From Candidatus Methanosuratincola verstraetei (GTDB lineage: Archaea > Thermoproteota > Methanomethylicia > Methanomethylicales > Methanomethylicaceae), in NCBI GenBank assembly GCA_049570475.1, contig CP186953.1:960001-1024000 (forward strand): 64,000 bases of DNA, given 5' to 3'. Position numbers and translations under genes: made by a program. The first letter of the stretch is position 1; every line of letters starts with the position of its first letter. Of this stretch, positions 1 to 9,035 are shown in pieces. Below the pieces are notes generated by a model. The model did no database searches. It worked only from the letters and a program-made list of their open reading frames with translations, and was not told where the DNA came from.

Positions 1-873
1 GAACCTCGGCGGGCTGAAAGGCTCGATCTCTTCTATCCCCTCACCAGTCCCAATGAACCTTATTGGAGCCCTTGTTGCCGCGACCGCCGAGAGGGCTCCT
101 CCCCCCCTGGCTGATCCGTCCAGCTTGGTCAGGAAGATTGTACCTATCTTGGTCGCCTGGTTGAACGCCTCAGCCTGCTGCATCGCCTGCTGCCCTATGG
201 TGCCGTCCAAGACAAGTATTATCTCGTCCGGAGAGATGGCCTCGGCTATCTCCTTCATCTCGTTTATGAGATCGCCCTCATTCTTGTGCCTCCCCGCGGT
301 GTCAACAATTATCAGCTCGATCCCCTTTTCCTTCATCTTCTGTACGCCATTCTTTGCGATCTCCACCGCGCTTGGGTTCCCCTTCTCACCATAGAACTCA
401 GCTCCTGCCCTGTCCGCAAGCTGCTTGAGCTGGTCATATGCCCCGGCCCTGAAGTTGTCAGCGCAGACCACCCCAACAGAGAGGCCTTGCTTCTTGTGGT
501 ACCATGTAAGCTTGGACGCTGTTGTGGTCTTGCCTGAGCCTTGGATCCCGACTAGCAGGACCACGGTAGACTTGCCCTTCTGGTACTTGGGGAGCTGCGC
601 CCTCTCGCCGCCAAGGAGACCTGTAAGCTCGTCATACACGACCTTAACCGCAAGCTCCCTCCTCGTGATCCCGGGCGGTAGCTCCTCCTCGAGTATCCTC
701 TTCTCGATCCTCTTGGATAGTTCTGAGACAAGCCTCACGTTGACATCGGACTGTATGAGCGCGCGCTGTATGTCCCTGACCAGTTCCTTCACAGCCTTCT
801 CGTCCACGACCGGCGTCCTAAGTATCTTTTTTATGGCATTGCCGAGCGAGCTGCTGAGGCTATCCAATACCAT
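1..873 (-). CDS. srp54: Signal recognition particle protein SRP54 (N-terminal NG domains; runs off the window edge)
   Basis: Manual translation from ATG 873: [18 protein letters not shown]...[10 protein letters not shown]...[10 protein letters not shown]...DTAGRH...[14 protein letters not shown]; SRP GTPase G1/G3/G4 motifs. Confidence 0.96.
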   Translation of the reverse strand, partial: MVLDSLSSSLGNAIKKILRTPVVDEKAVKELVRDIQRALIQSDVNVRLVSELSKRIEKRILEEELPPGITRRELAVKVVYDELTGLLGGERAQLPKYQKGKSTVVLLVGIQGSGKTTTASKLTWYHKKQGLSVGVVCADNFRAGAYDQLKQLADRAGAEFYGEKGNPSAVEIAKNGVQKMKEKGIELIIVDTAGRHKNEGDLINEMKEIAEAISPDEIILVLDGTIGQQAMQQAEAFNQATKIGTIFLTKLDGSARGGGALSAVAATRAPIRFIGTGEGIEEIEPFSPPRF

Positions 874-952
874 CTGGGCGCACCTTGCTTTATAGATGAT
901 GAATTGGCGGTGTTCCCTAAAATGCTTTGGGCGTCCAAAAAAGGAACAGGGT

Positions 953-1348
953 TTACTTGACCCTCATTATGTGCTTCTCATTCAGTATGTCCCAATACTC
1001 GACCTCGGCACCTGGGGCTATCTTCGCCATTATCTCCTCATCTTTCGGTTTCTTTACTTCAAATGTCTCGTAGCTCTCCAAATCCATCAGCTGGACCGAG
1101 TCTGGCATAATCGATATGACTTGGGCAGCCCTCTTCTCCACTATCGGGACATCTACCCTCTGGTCTGCTGGGGCGACGATGTTTCTCTTGATTCCGTCGA
1201 AGATTCCGACCGCGACGACCCTCCCTTTCGCTGAGCCGTGCTTTCCTGTCTTCGACTTCTCCATCGAGACGACCCTGCAGGGCACTCCGTCTATGACCAC
1301 GAAGCTGCCCTCTTTCAGTGAGCCAATTTCAACAGGTTTCGTTGACAT
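953..1348 (-). CDS. eif5a: Translation factor aIF5A/eIF5A
   Basis: Hypusine motif [10 protein letters not shown]; 131 aa. Confidence 0.97.
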   Translation of the reverse strand: MSTKPVEIGSLKEGSFVVIDGVPCRVVSMEKSKTGKHGSAKGRVVAVGIFDGIKRNIVAPADQRVDVPIVEKRAAQVISIMPDSVQLMDLESYETFEVKKPKDEEIMAKIAPGAEVEYWDILNEKHIMRVK

Positions 1349-1672
1349 CAGTCTCTACCATCCGCTTGTTTTTGAGTAAATGGAATAAGTAAATAAATCT
1401 TATCATACTCTCCCGCCAGTCCATTTAAGATATGCCTTGACAGTCTAACTGCCAGAACCGACGCATCTTTAATGGCCGCCTTCAGGAAATGCATTATATC
1501 AATTTAGCGGCAATTGAATCATCTTATCGGAAACTTATTTCAAGGACCCGGTGGCATTCCTATCGCCTCCATGCAGTTTACAATTATATTTATAAAAAAA
1601 AATTAAAAAATGAGTAATAATTGTAAAAATATATTAAATGCCAACGGGTTTCTATATACAGGGGAATAATCT

Positions 1673-2497
1673 ATGGACAATGATTTGAGAAGGGAGCTGA
1701 TCCAGAAATCTCCAATAACCATGGAAAGCCTCAGGAAATTGAACATTGGTGCGGGGATCCTCCACTTGGTGCAGGGGATGCTCATGCTTACTTTGGGGAC
1801 ACTTTTGACATGGGAGCGGGACATTTACACCTTTTACCTCAAGTTCGAAGTAATGCCTTCTACCCCTCCAGTCTTCAAGGTTGTGCCGAATCCTCAGGTC
1901 GCTTTCACAATCACGTATCTGGGGGCATTGCTGGCGTCGTTCTTGCTGATCTCTGCAGCGGCCCACATGATTATCGCATTCGCAAAGAAAAATCAATACG
2001 CTGAATACCTAAAACGAGGGATGAACCCATATCGTTGGTATGAGTATGCCTTCTCAAGCTCGATCATGCTTGTGATCTTGGCGACATTCGTCGGGGTTTG
2101 GGAGTTGTGGTCACTCGTCATGATCTTCGTACTGAACGCAATGATGATAATGTTCGGTTACCTGATGGAGAAGATCAACCAGTTTACGAAGAAGATTGAC
2201 TGGTCTCCATATCTGTTGGGCTGCATCTCTGGCTTCACCCCGTGGGTGGTCATAGCTGCTTACTTTGTCGCCGCCCTGAACTCAACTGGCACAAGCCCGC
2301 CGACATTTGTCTATTTAGTTCTCGTACTGTATTTCGTGATGTTCAACACATTCTCCATCAACATGATCCTCCAATACAAGGGGATCGGCAAGTGGAAAGA
2401 CTACCTCCACGGCGAGAGAGTCTACATTTTACTGAGCCTGGTAGCAAAAACAATCTTGGCTTGGCTGGTTTTCATCGGCATATTTGCGCCATTCTAA
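1673..2497 (+). CDS. heR: Heliorhodopsin
   Basis: 7 TM; LNIGAGILHLVQG, SAAAH, NPYRWYEYAFSSSIM, NMILQYKGIGKWKDYLHGERVYILLSLVAK (retinal-binding Lys in SLVAK). Confidence 0.95.
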   Translation: MDNDLRRELIQKSPITMESLRKLNIGAGILHLVQGMLMLTLGTLLTWERDIYTFYLKFEVMPSTPPVFKVVPNPQVAFTITYLGALLASFLLISAAAHMIIAFAKKNQYAEYLKRGMNPYRWYEYAFSSSIMLVILATFVGVWELWSLVMIFVLNAMMIMFGYLMEKINQFTKKIDWSPYLLGCISGFTPWVVIAAYFVAALNSTGTSPPTFVYLVLVLYFVMFNTFSINMILQYKGIGKWKDYLHGERVYILLSLVAKTILAWLVFIGIFAPF

Positions 2498-2599
2498 ACA
2501 CCCCCTTTTTCTTAATTCTATACGATCCGGTATGGGGACAGTTGCTGATCGGGAAATGTAATTAACCAGCTTCTCATTCACGATCTTAGGTGGCTCTAA

Positions 2600-2944
2600 T
2601 TGACGACCACGTTCTCGGTAAACTCGCCCCGATGCGATCAAAGGACCCAGATCATCGCAGAGAAAGTCGGTTCTGCGATCAAAATAAGTCTGAACACGAC
2701 CTGCCCGAGAGTCAAAGCGTATGGGGAGTCCCTTTGCGAAATCGGGATAAATGAGTTGGCACAACCAATACTTAAGAACCCGATTTATGTAGTGGCCTCC
2801 TCGAAACTCGGCCCTGAGTGCGTCGTTCCATGCGCAGTTGTATCTGCTGCCTGGACCGAGGCTGGCATGGTCGCAAGGAGCATCCTCAACCGCTTCCCAA
2901 GCACCTGCTTCACCTACGAAGGATCATCGAGCAACAAATTGTGA
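2600..2944 (+). CDS. Small Cys-containing conserved protein (DUF6951-like)
   Basis: Pattern C...TTCPRV...NPIY...CVVPCAVVSAAWTEAGM resembles DUF6951 proteins of anaerobes; TTG start. Confidence 0.6.
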   Translation: MTTTFSVNSPRCDQRTQIIAEKVGSAIKISLNTTCPRVKAYGESLCEIGINELAQPILKNPIYVVASSKLGPECVVPCAVVSAAWTEAGMVARSILNRFPSTCFTYEGSSSNKL

Positions 2945-3049
2945 AAGTGCATTGAAAGCACTTTCGAATTTTAGCCCGTTTTTATTAAAAGAATGCCCTC
3001 ACGCGAAAAGTAAAATAGAAACGCTCAGCAATAATTAATGGGTATAAAA

Positions 3050-3397
3050 ATGGTAAACTTAGTTTCCGTAATAATCAACCTAGTCGTGAGCATAATTATC
3101 CTGTCTCCGGTGCTCTGGCTTGTAGGCAGGTGGCTTGCCGGAAAAGACAAGGCCAAGTTCACCGATGCTATTTGGATCGTAGTGATTGGGACCATTGTAG
3201 ACGCGGTATTCGGCTACTTCGATTTAGGGCTGATTGGCGCCATAATTATGATAATAATATGGCTTGCGCTGATCAAGCACTTCTTCGACTGCGGGTGGCT
3301 CAGGGCACTACTGGTCGCTATAGTGACCGTTGTGGTCTTTATAATCATCGGCATAGTATTGGCTTTACTCGGCTTTGCGCTTTTGGCAATAATTTAA
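3050..3397 (+). CDS. Small integral membrane protein (about 4 TM), unknown function
   Basis: Very hydrophobic ORF with KAKFTDA and KHFFDCGWLRAL loops. Confidence 0.75.
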   Translation: MVNLVSVIINLVVSIIILSPVLWLVGRWLAGKDKAKFTDAIWIVVIGTIVDAVFGYFDLGLIGAIIMIIIWLALIKHFFDCGWLRALLVAIVTVVVFIIIGIVLALLGFALLAII

Positions 3398-3623
3398 ACA
3401 TTTTTTATTTCTTCCTTTGAACCTCAAGCACTTCGTGAATGCTTGTCGGGACTAACATGACACCATTAATAAAAGGGTAAGCAAGTTCGGTCACGTCAGT
3501 GAGAACCATTAACTAAGAAATTATTGGTTTACCGTTTTAAAATGTTTGAGAAAAATCTCTTTATGCACGCTGCCTCTTTCAGGGCAGTCAATCCATGATG
3601 AAAAATGAAAAATATTGTTTTTG

Positions 3624-5198
3624 CTATCTGTGGTGGTGCTCTGGAATGCAATATCTGCATCCATCAAAGCCTGCAGTAAGGGCCTCTTCGAGGTCACAGA
3701 AATAGACCCTGTTCCTGATTGCAATCCTATGGGCCCACTCGCAATCCTTCTTATGGACCTCCATGTGCTCGGGAGACTTGTTTGCAATATATGGCGCATA
3801 TGCCCCTATTCCTGAAGTCTCTATGTTTGCGGCGACCAGGGCTTCTGGCTCATCGATGAATAGCTTGGTAAATGCAGCCTTGACTTTCACCGTGGTCCCC
3901 GGCAGGCTCTCTTCAATGACCGCAGGGAGGAGCACGATCGGCGGCAAGTTCTCGACTATCCTGTCTATGAGCCAGTTGACAAAATAGTTAAGCAGGAACT
4001 CGGGTATTTCCCAGTCGAGCGGTATGGAGAGGTCCAGATCAAGTATGTCAACGGCTAGCTGATTCTTGTCGTCCAAGTAAACTTTTGCAGAAGCCGAGTC
4101 GATGTTGATGACTAGGTTGTTTACAGATAGGCTGAATATCTCCCCTGTGTAGGTCTCTGTGTCGACGTCCCAGATCCCCCAGAAAAGGGAGGTGGTGGTC
4201 TGTATCGTGACTAGCGCCCTCATCCAAGCATCGATTGAGACGCTCCCTGCGATCTCGACAACATTGCCAGGCTTCAGGTCAAAGTCAAACTTGCTGAACC
4301 TTATTGTTGCCCCGAACTCCGCCCAGACCCGCTTAATGTCTATCTCAGTGCTGACCAAACCAAGCGTGCAGGCAGCCACCACCCAGTCGGCTAGCTCGTC
4401 CAGCCAGTCAACAATCGAGGGCATGTCAAAGTCGTGGCTACCCGTTTTCGTGATTGACTTTGGATGCGTTGTCCTGTCCCACCAGAAATCATATACTTTG
4501 TGCATTGCCCCTTCGTTGACGCCTATGCCGATATGGCTCCCGTCCGTGAAGTCCAAGACCGAGTTGATGTCGCCGCCATTGTATCCAAGCAGGTTGACTG
4601 CGACACACAGTGTGGAAGGGTTCAAGACGCGGAAATTCCCCAGTCCAATGGTGAGCTTGTTCTCCTCCCCTGGCGGCATGTTCGGGAGCTCCGTGGCGAA
4701 TAAGACCGGGCTCAACTCCAGGGTGGTGAGATCTTCCGTCAAGTACTCGTGCATTGCTATAGTCAATATCTCGTTCAGCCTAGCGATCACATTGGTTGGT
4801 AGGTGATAGGTGTCATTCAACTCTACGTCGTCAATGCTGGCTGTCAATAGATCTATCTTAAGCCTGCGTGTTGCCTGATCGAATGACGGGGCGACCCCAA
4901 CGGTGAATTCGACTTCGATCTCAAACTTGATGCCCCCGAGCACAGTGAACTTCGCCTGCCCCCTCACATTCATGCGCAAGTGCAAATCGGCCGTGGCCTC
5001 GATAGTCGGGGGCTTTGGGAGGGACACCTCATAGCCTATCACTGTAAACTCCTTCAGGCTTTCTGGCACGTTCGGTATGGGGAGCGTGTAGGTCCCCTTT
5101 AGAACAGGGAAGGCGCCGATGCAATGGCCAATCTTCATGAACTTGTTCAGGAGCTCTTCCCTTACCTCCAAAACAACGTCGTATCCTCCCGTCTGCAT
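3624..5198 (-). CDS. Two-domain TULIP/BPI-like protein with C-terminal Ada-type metal-binding domain
   Basis: Likely start ATG 5198 overlapping the upstream stop (TAATG); internal duplication GYDVVLEVREELLNKF / GSHIGIGVNEGAMHKV; C-terminus YIANK..EVHKKDCEWAHRI...EEALTAGFDGCRYCIP. Confidence 0.65.
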   Translation of the reverse strand: MQTGGYDVVLEVREELLNKFMKIGHCIGAFPVLKGTYTLPIPNVPESLKEFTVIGYEVSLPKPPTIEATADLHLRMNVRGQAKFTVLGGIKFEIEVEFTVGVAPSFDQATRRLKIDLLTASIDDVELNDTYHLPTNVIARLNEILTIAMHEYLTEDLTTLELSPVLFATELPNMPPGEENKLTIGLGNFRVLNPSTLCVAVNLLGYNGGDINSVLDFTDGSHIGIGVNEGAMHKVYDFWWDRTTHPKSITKTGSHDFDMPSIVDWLDELADWVVAACTLGLVSTEIDIKRVWAEFGATIRFSKFDFDLKPGNVVEIAGSVSIDAWMRALVTIQTTTSLFWGIWDVDTETYTGEIFSLSVNNLVINIDSASAKVYLDDKNQLAVDILDLDLSIPLDWEIPEFLLNYFVNWLIDRIVENLPPIVLLPAVIEESLPGTTVKVKAAFTKLFIDEPEALVAANIETSGIGAYAPYIANKSPEHMEVHKKDCEWAHRIAIRNRVYFCDLEEALTAGFDGCRYCIPEHHHR

Positions 5199-5563
5199 TA
5201 GCCCCCGCCCCCGAGCGACTTTTCGCACTTTCCCGTCTCCTTGTTTATGTGAACATGTATCTTCAATGGCTTGCCTTCCAAAACCCGTTTCAAGTACCAA
5301 TTCTTGGCCTCTGGTCTTTTCTTGACGATCTCCCTCAGGTCCGCCCTCACCTTAGAGTTCAGCCTCTCCATCACCCTGTCTATAAAAGCGCTGTCTACCT
5401 TGATCCCCACCTCTTTTATGGTGCCCTGGAAATCCTCTTTCAGACGTTCCTCCAGCGAAGGGTCAACAGCCATACGCTTCCTTATTTGTTCCAGCTCTGG
5501 CAAATCTAATCCATGTAAAGCATTTTTATCTATCCTCTTTTTTTTCAATAATGGCACTACCAA
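5198..5563 (-). CDS. Small helical protein with an NHLP-leader-like segment
   Basis: LEQIRKRMAVDPSLEERLKEDFQGTIKEVGIKV resembles the ..RA..DP.F..RL..DP...L.E.G motif; translationally coupled to the downstream gene. Confidence 0.55.
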   Translation of the reverse strand: MVVPLLKKKRIDKNALHGLDLPELEQIRKRMAVDPSLEERLKEDFQGTIKEVGIKVDSAFIDRVMERLNSKVRADLREIVKKRPEAKNWYLKRVLEGKPLKIHVHINKETGKCEKSLGGGG

Positions 5564-5798
5564 AAAGTTCTAACTATTAACTAACGGGAATGTTATTTAA
5601 GTGTTCCCGTTCTACAGATGAACAAAATATGCCGTGAACGACTAGATCCTGAATGGCTTTTACCGAGCGGACCTGATCCTTGGATTTGGTCTCTTGGTGC
5701 CCTTCCCTAGAACCGGGGCCTATTTCGCTCGTTTTCTGTTGGAACCTTCCGGAAAGATCCTATAAACAAAAGAAATGGAATAAATAAAAAGGGTGCCT

Positions 5799-6473
5799 TT
5801 ACCAGGCACTCGACGGATCCTGCTTCAGCTTCGCCACTAGATCTTTCGTTACGCCAACTGCTGCTGAGGCATCGTGAGGCCTTGCGTCTGCGCCTATCGA
5901 TAGTGCCCACTCCTCAGTAACTGGGCCGCCTCCGACGATTATCTTGACCTTGTTCCTGACCCCTGCTTGGGCGAACATGTCGATTACTTTCTTCATCGCC
6001 GGCATTGTTGTGCTCATCAGTGCAGACATCCCTACTACTTCTGCCTTGTTGTCCTTTGCAGTCTCCAGGAACTTAGCCAGTGGCACATCCTTGCCTAGGT
6101 CGATCACGTTGAACCCAGCAGCGCTGAGCATTATCTTGACCAAGTTCTTGCCTATGTCATGGATGTCTCCTTCTACCACTCCGAGGACGACTTTCGCAGG
6201 CACAGTGGTCTTGTCAGCCTTCATGTGTGGCGTAAGCACTTCCACAGCCGCGTTAAGCGCATTTGCAGAGCATAGGACCTCAGGGACGAAGTACTCCTTC
6301 TTCTCATACTTCTGGTTCACTACACTCATTGCATCGCCGCCGTACTTGGTCACGAGTTCATATGCGTCCAGTTTCGCCGCGACCGCTTCGTTCGCCCACT
6401 TGGCAGCTGCCGCTTCGTCACCATCGACTATGGCCTTTACAAATCCATTTATGATTTCCTCTTTAGTTGCCAT
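5799..6473 (-). CDS. Methyltransferase cognate corrinoid protein (MtsB/MtaC/MtbC family)
   Basis: B12 motif EGDIHDIGKNLV...SALMSTT...IIVGGGP; cap domain EYFVPEVL; GAGGTG RBS before ATG 6473. Confidence 0.93.
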   Translation of the reverse strand: MATKEEIINGFVKAIVDGDEAAAAKWANEAVAAKLDAYELVTKYGGDAMSVVNQKYEKKEYFVPEVLCSANALNAAVEVLTPHMKADKTTVPAKVVLGVVEGDIHDIGKNLVKIMLSAAGFNVIDLGKDVPLAKFLETAKDNKAEVVGMSALMSTTMPAMKKVIDMFAQAGVRNKVKIIVGGGPVTEEWALSIGADARPHDASAAVGVTKDLVAKLKQDPSSAW

Positions 6474-6483
6474 CTCTAACACC

Positions 6484-7509
6484 TCACACATAAACCATGC
6501 ATCTAGCTACTTCGACCAACGCCTTGAAGTTCGCAGTTGGAGTCCTCGGAGGTATTCCGCAGGAGGGCATCAGCACATCAACGCCCTTCTTTATCGCGTC
6601 GATCGCCGCCTCCCTAACCTTCTGAGGCGTGCCGAATAGGAGCGCAGTAATCGTTGGCACTCCTCCGACTATGGCTATCTTGTCGCCAACTATGGCCTTT
6701 GCGAATGCGGGATCAACTTGCGCGTCAATCGAGAATGCGTCAAATCCGGTGTCAGCTATATACGGCAGATAAGCTGAAGTGTTGCCGCATATGTGAAGCA
6801 CGACTGGCGCCCCGATCTTCTTGGCCATGTTCTGGTAGACTGGGATCATCACGTCCCTGAAGAACTGTGGCGACAGGATGTCCGAAGTCGCCGAGGGATC
6901 TGCGATGCAGATCACATCCGCTCCGCTCTGTAGTGCCTTCTTGCAGTCATCAATGTTCATCTCGGATATCTGCATCAGCGCCTCCTTGACCTCCTCCTGT
7001 GGTCTCTTCTTGGTCCATATGCAGAACTTCTCGATCCCGAAGATGTGCCCGGCAATAGTGAAAGGTCCCGTAACTTGGTTGATAATTGGCAGGTAGTCGC
7101 CATACTCCTTCCTGAGCATCTCCTCGACCCTGTGCTTCAGCGGGAATCTTCCGGTCTCAGTGATGTTCTCTGGAATCTTGAGGTCCTTCAGGTCGTTGAA
7201 AGCATGCGTCTCTACGCTTGGGTGCCTGTCTATCCTTCCCCAGTTGATCTTGCATCCAAATGCCTCTGCTTCAACACAGAGATCGAAAGGCAGTTTGAAA
7301 CCCTCTAGCCCTATTACTTCCCAGGCGGCGGCTGCGAGCTTGAAAGCAAGCTGCGGATCCCTGTTTGCCTCAGGGAACGGCGCATTCACCGCATTCATCT
7401 GATCGACTGTTGCAGTGGTCAGTGTATCCATGCAGCTTATCCTGTCTGCTCGCCTTTTGTTGCCTGTGACACAAAGAAGGGCTCGTTTTCGCGGCGTCAT
7501 TTCAGCCAT
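6484..7509 (-). CDS. Methylcobamide:CoM methyltransferase (MtaA/MtsA, UroD fold)
   Basis: MTPRKR start, PFDLCVEAEAFG, GPFTIAGH, ADPSATSD, Zn ligands HICG and PSCG. Confidence 0.9.
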   Translation of the reverse strand: MAEMTPRKRALLCVTGNKRRADRISCMDTLTTATVDQMNAVNAPFPEANRDPQLAFKLAAAAWEVIGLEGFKLPFDLCVEAEAFGCKINWGRIDRHPSVETHAFNDLKDLKIPENITETGRFPLKHRVEEMLRKEYGDYLPIINQVTGPFTIAGHIFGIEKFCIWTKKRPQEEVKEALMQISEMNIDDCKKALQSGADVICIADPSATSDILSPQFFRDVMIPVYQNMAKKIGAPVVLHICGNTSAYLPYIADTGFDAFSIDAQVDPAFAKAIVGDKIAIVGGVPTITALLFGTPQKVREAAIDAIKKGVDVLMPSCGIPPRTPTANFKALVEVARCMVYV

Positions 7510-7668
7510 ATAATCACCTTCGTTTTTTATCTTGATGCTTTTATATAAAGAATTTCAAGGATGGAATATCCATCCAATATTTATGAACTGTCCGCCTGAC
7601 CCTTTGATTCCGATCATTCAACTCGAATAAGTTATAAAACAGCCTTGATTGCACAATACTAACGGAGT

Positions 7669-8505
7669 ATGAAAATTTTGAGGATCTCAAGAGTGGGGAT
7701 TGTCGCCAAGCCGAATTCTGAGGAGGCCGCGAGGGTAGCCTTGGACGCGGGGCGTTTTCTCTCCTCGAGAGGGATCGAGGTGATCCGCCCTGCAGAGTTG
7801 GCGAAAGCGGATGGTTGCGGACCGAATCCCCCTCCAGCCGACCTTGTCGTTGTTGTGGGCGGTGACGGCACAATAATGCGGACTGCCCAAATGGTGGGAT
7901 CGACGCCATTGCTCGGCATAAAGGTTGGTGCTCGGGGCTTCCTCTGCGAGACTATCCCTGAAGAGGCGATCGCCACACTAACCCGCGTCTTAGAGGGCAA
8001 GACCTACCTCGAATATAAGACCAAGCTTTCGGTAGCCCTAAAGGGGCGCCAGCTCCCTGATGCGTTGAACGAGGCACTTGTGACCTCCGCGAGGCCTTCG
8101 AAGATAATCCGTTTTTCAGTCTCTGCAGACGGGAAGACCATTCATCGCGGGATGGCTGATGGCGTCATTGTATCCACGACTACAGGGGCGACAGCATACG
8201 CCCTCTCTGCCGGAGGCCCGATCATCGATCCTGGCTTAGATGTCATTGAGGTGGTATTCGTATGCCCGCTCCATCACGGGGTGCGCCCAGTAATCCTGCC
8301 CCCGTCTGCAAGGGTCGAGGTCACTTTGTTGCCCGGTTCATCCGGAGGTCTGCTGATGTTGGATGGACAAGTCTCTGTCGACCTAGAAGATGGTGAAAAA
8401 ATCCTCGTTGAGAAGTCTAGGTCGCCGGCTGTCTTCCTTAGAACTGCTCCCGTGGACTTTTATGATAAGGTTAGGAAATCTCTGAATATGGGGTTTGAGG
8501 GATAG
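7669..8505 (+). CDS. nadK: NAD(+) kinase
   Basis: GGDGT, ALNE, ADGVIVSTTTGATAYALSAGGP. Confidence 0.93.
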   Translation: MKILRISRVGIVAKPNSEEAARVALDAGRFLSSRGIEVIRPAELAKADGCGPNPPPADLVVVVGGDGTIMRTAQMVGSTPLLGIKVGARGFLCETIPEEAIATLTRVLEGKTYLEYKTKLSVALKGRQLPDALNEALVTSARPSKIIRFSVSADGKTIHRGMADGVIVSTTTGATAYALSAGGPIIDPGLDVIEVVFVCPLHHGVRPVILPPSARVEVTLLPGSSGGLLMLDGQVSVDLEDGEKILVEKSRSPAVFLRTAPVDFYDKVRKSLNMGFEG

Positions 8506-9035
8506 TGGTCTCCAAGACTTATGTGCTCGACACGTCGGCAATAATTTACGGCTTCAACCCGCGGCTAGTCGAGGGGACCCATTACATAACCCCTGGCGTC
8601 GAGGCCGAGCTTTACGCTGGAAGGACGCGGTCTGTGACAGAGGTCTCAATCGCCAGCGGGCGCCTTAGAGTCAGGGCACCGCGACCCGAGTATGTGGCGG
8701 TGGTGAAAACCCGCGCCTCCTCGACTGGGGACCTCACCGTGCTTTCTGAGACCGATCTCGAGGTAGTTGCACTCGCGCTCGAGCTGGAAGGCGAGGGGGA
8801 GAATGTCCTTGTCGTGAGCGACGACTATAGCCTTCAGAACCTATGCACCCTTCTTTCGATAAACTTCAAGCCGATGGTAACAAAGGGGATATCCGAGGAG
8901 TTCTGGTGGTTCCTTTACTGCCCTGCATGCGGGGCTACGTACGACCAGTCGAAGAAGCTAACCGCTTGCCAAGTGTGCGGGCATTCGCTCAAAAGGAAGG
9001 TCTACAGCAAGAGGAAGATCACCGGGTCCTTCTGA
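8505..9035 (+). CDS. nob1: NOB1-family PIN endonuclease with Zn ribbon
   Basis: VLDTSA, GDLTVLSETD, SDDYSLQN, CPACG...CQVCG. Confidence 0.92.
   Translation: MVSKTYVLDTSAIIYGFNPRLVEGTHYITPGVEAELYAGRTRSVTEVSIASGRLRVRAPRPEYVAVVKTRASSTGDLTVLSETDLEVVALALELEGEGENVLVVSDDYSLQNLCTLLSINFKPMVTKGISEEFWWFLYCPACGATYDQSKKLTACQVCGHSLKRKVYSKRKITGSF

Noticed and set aside
53-895. Plus-strand ORFs in the track here, and the many similar antisense ORFs across the window
   Set aside because: Shadows of well-supported opposite-strand genes such as srp54
5199-5300. N-terminal extension of the 558-aa ORF
   Set aside because: Overlaps the upstream gene; ATG 5198 with TAATG coupling is the better start
6484-7509. 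Pyrrolysine-containing methylamine methyltransferase
   Set aside because: No in-frame TAG, and the protein is MT2/UroD-fold rather than MtmB/MtbB/MttB
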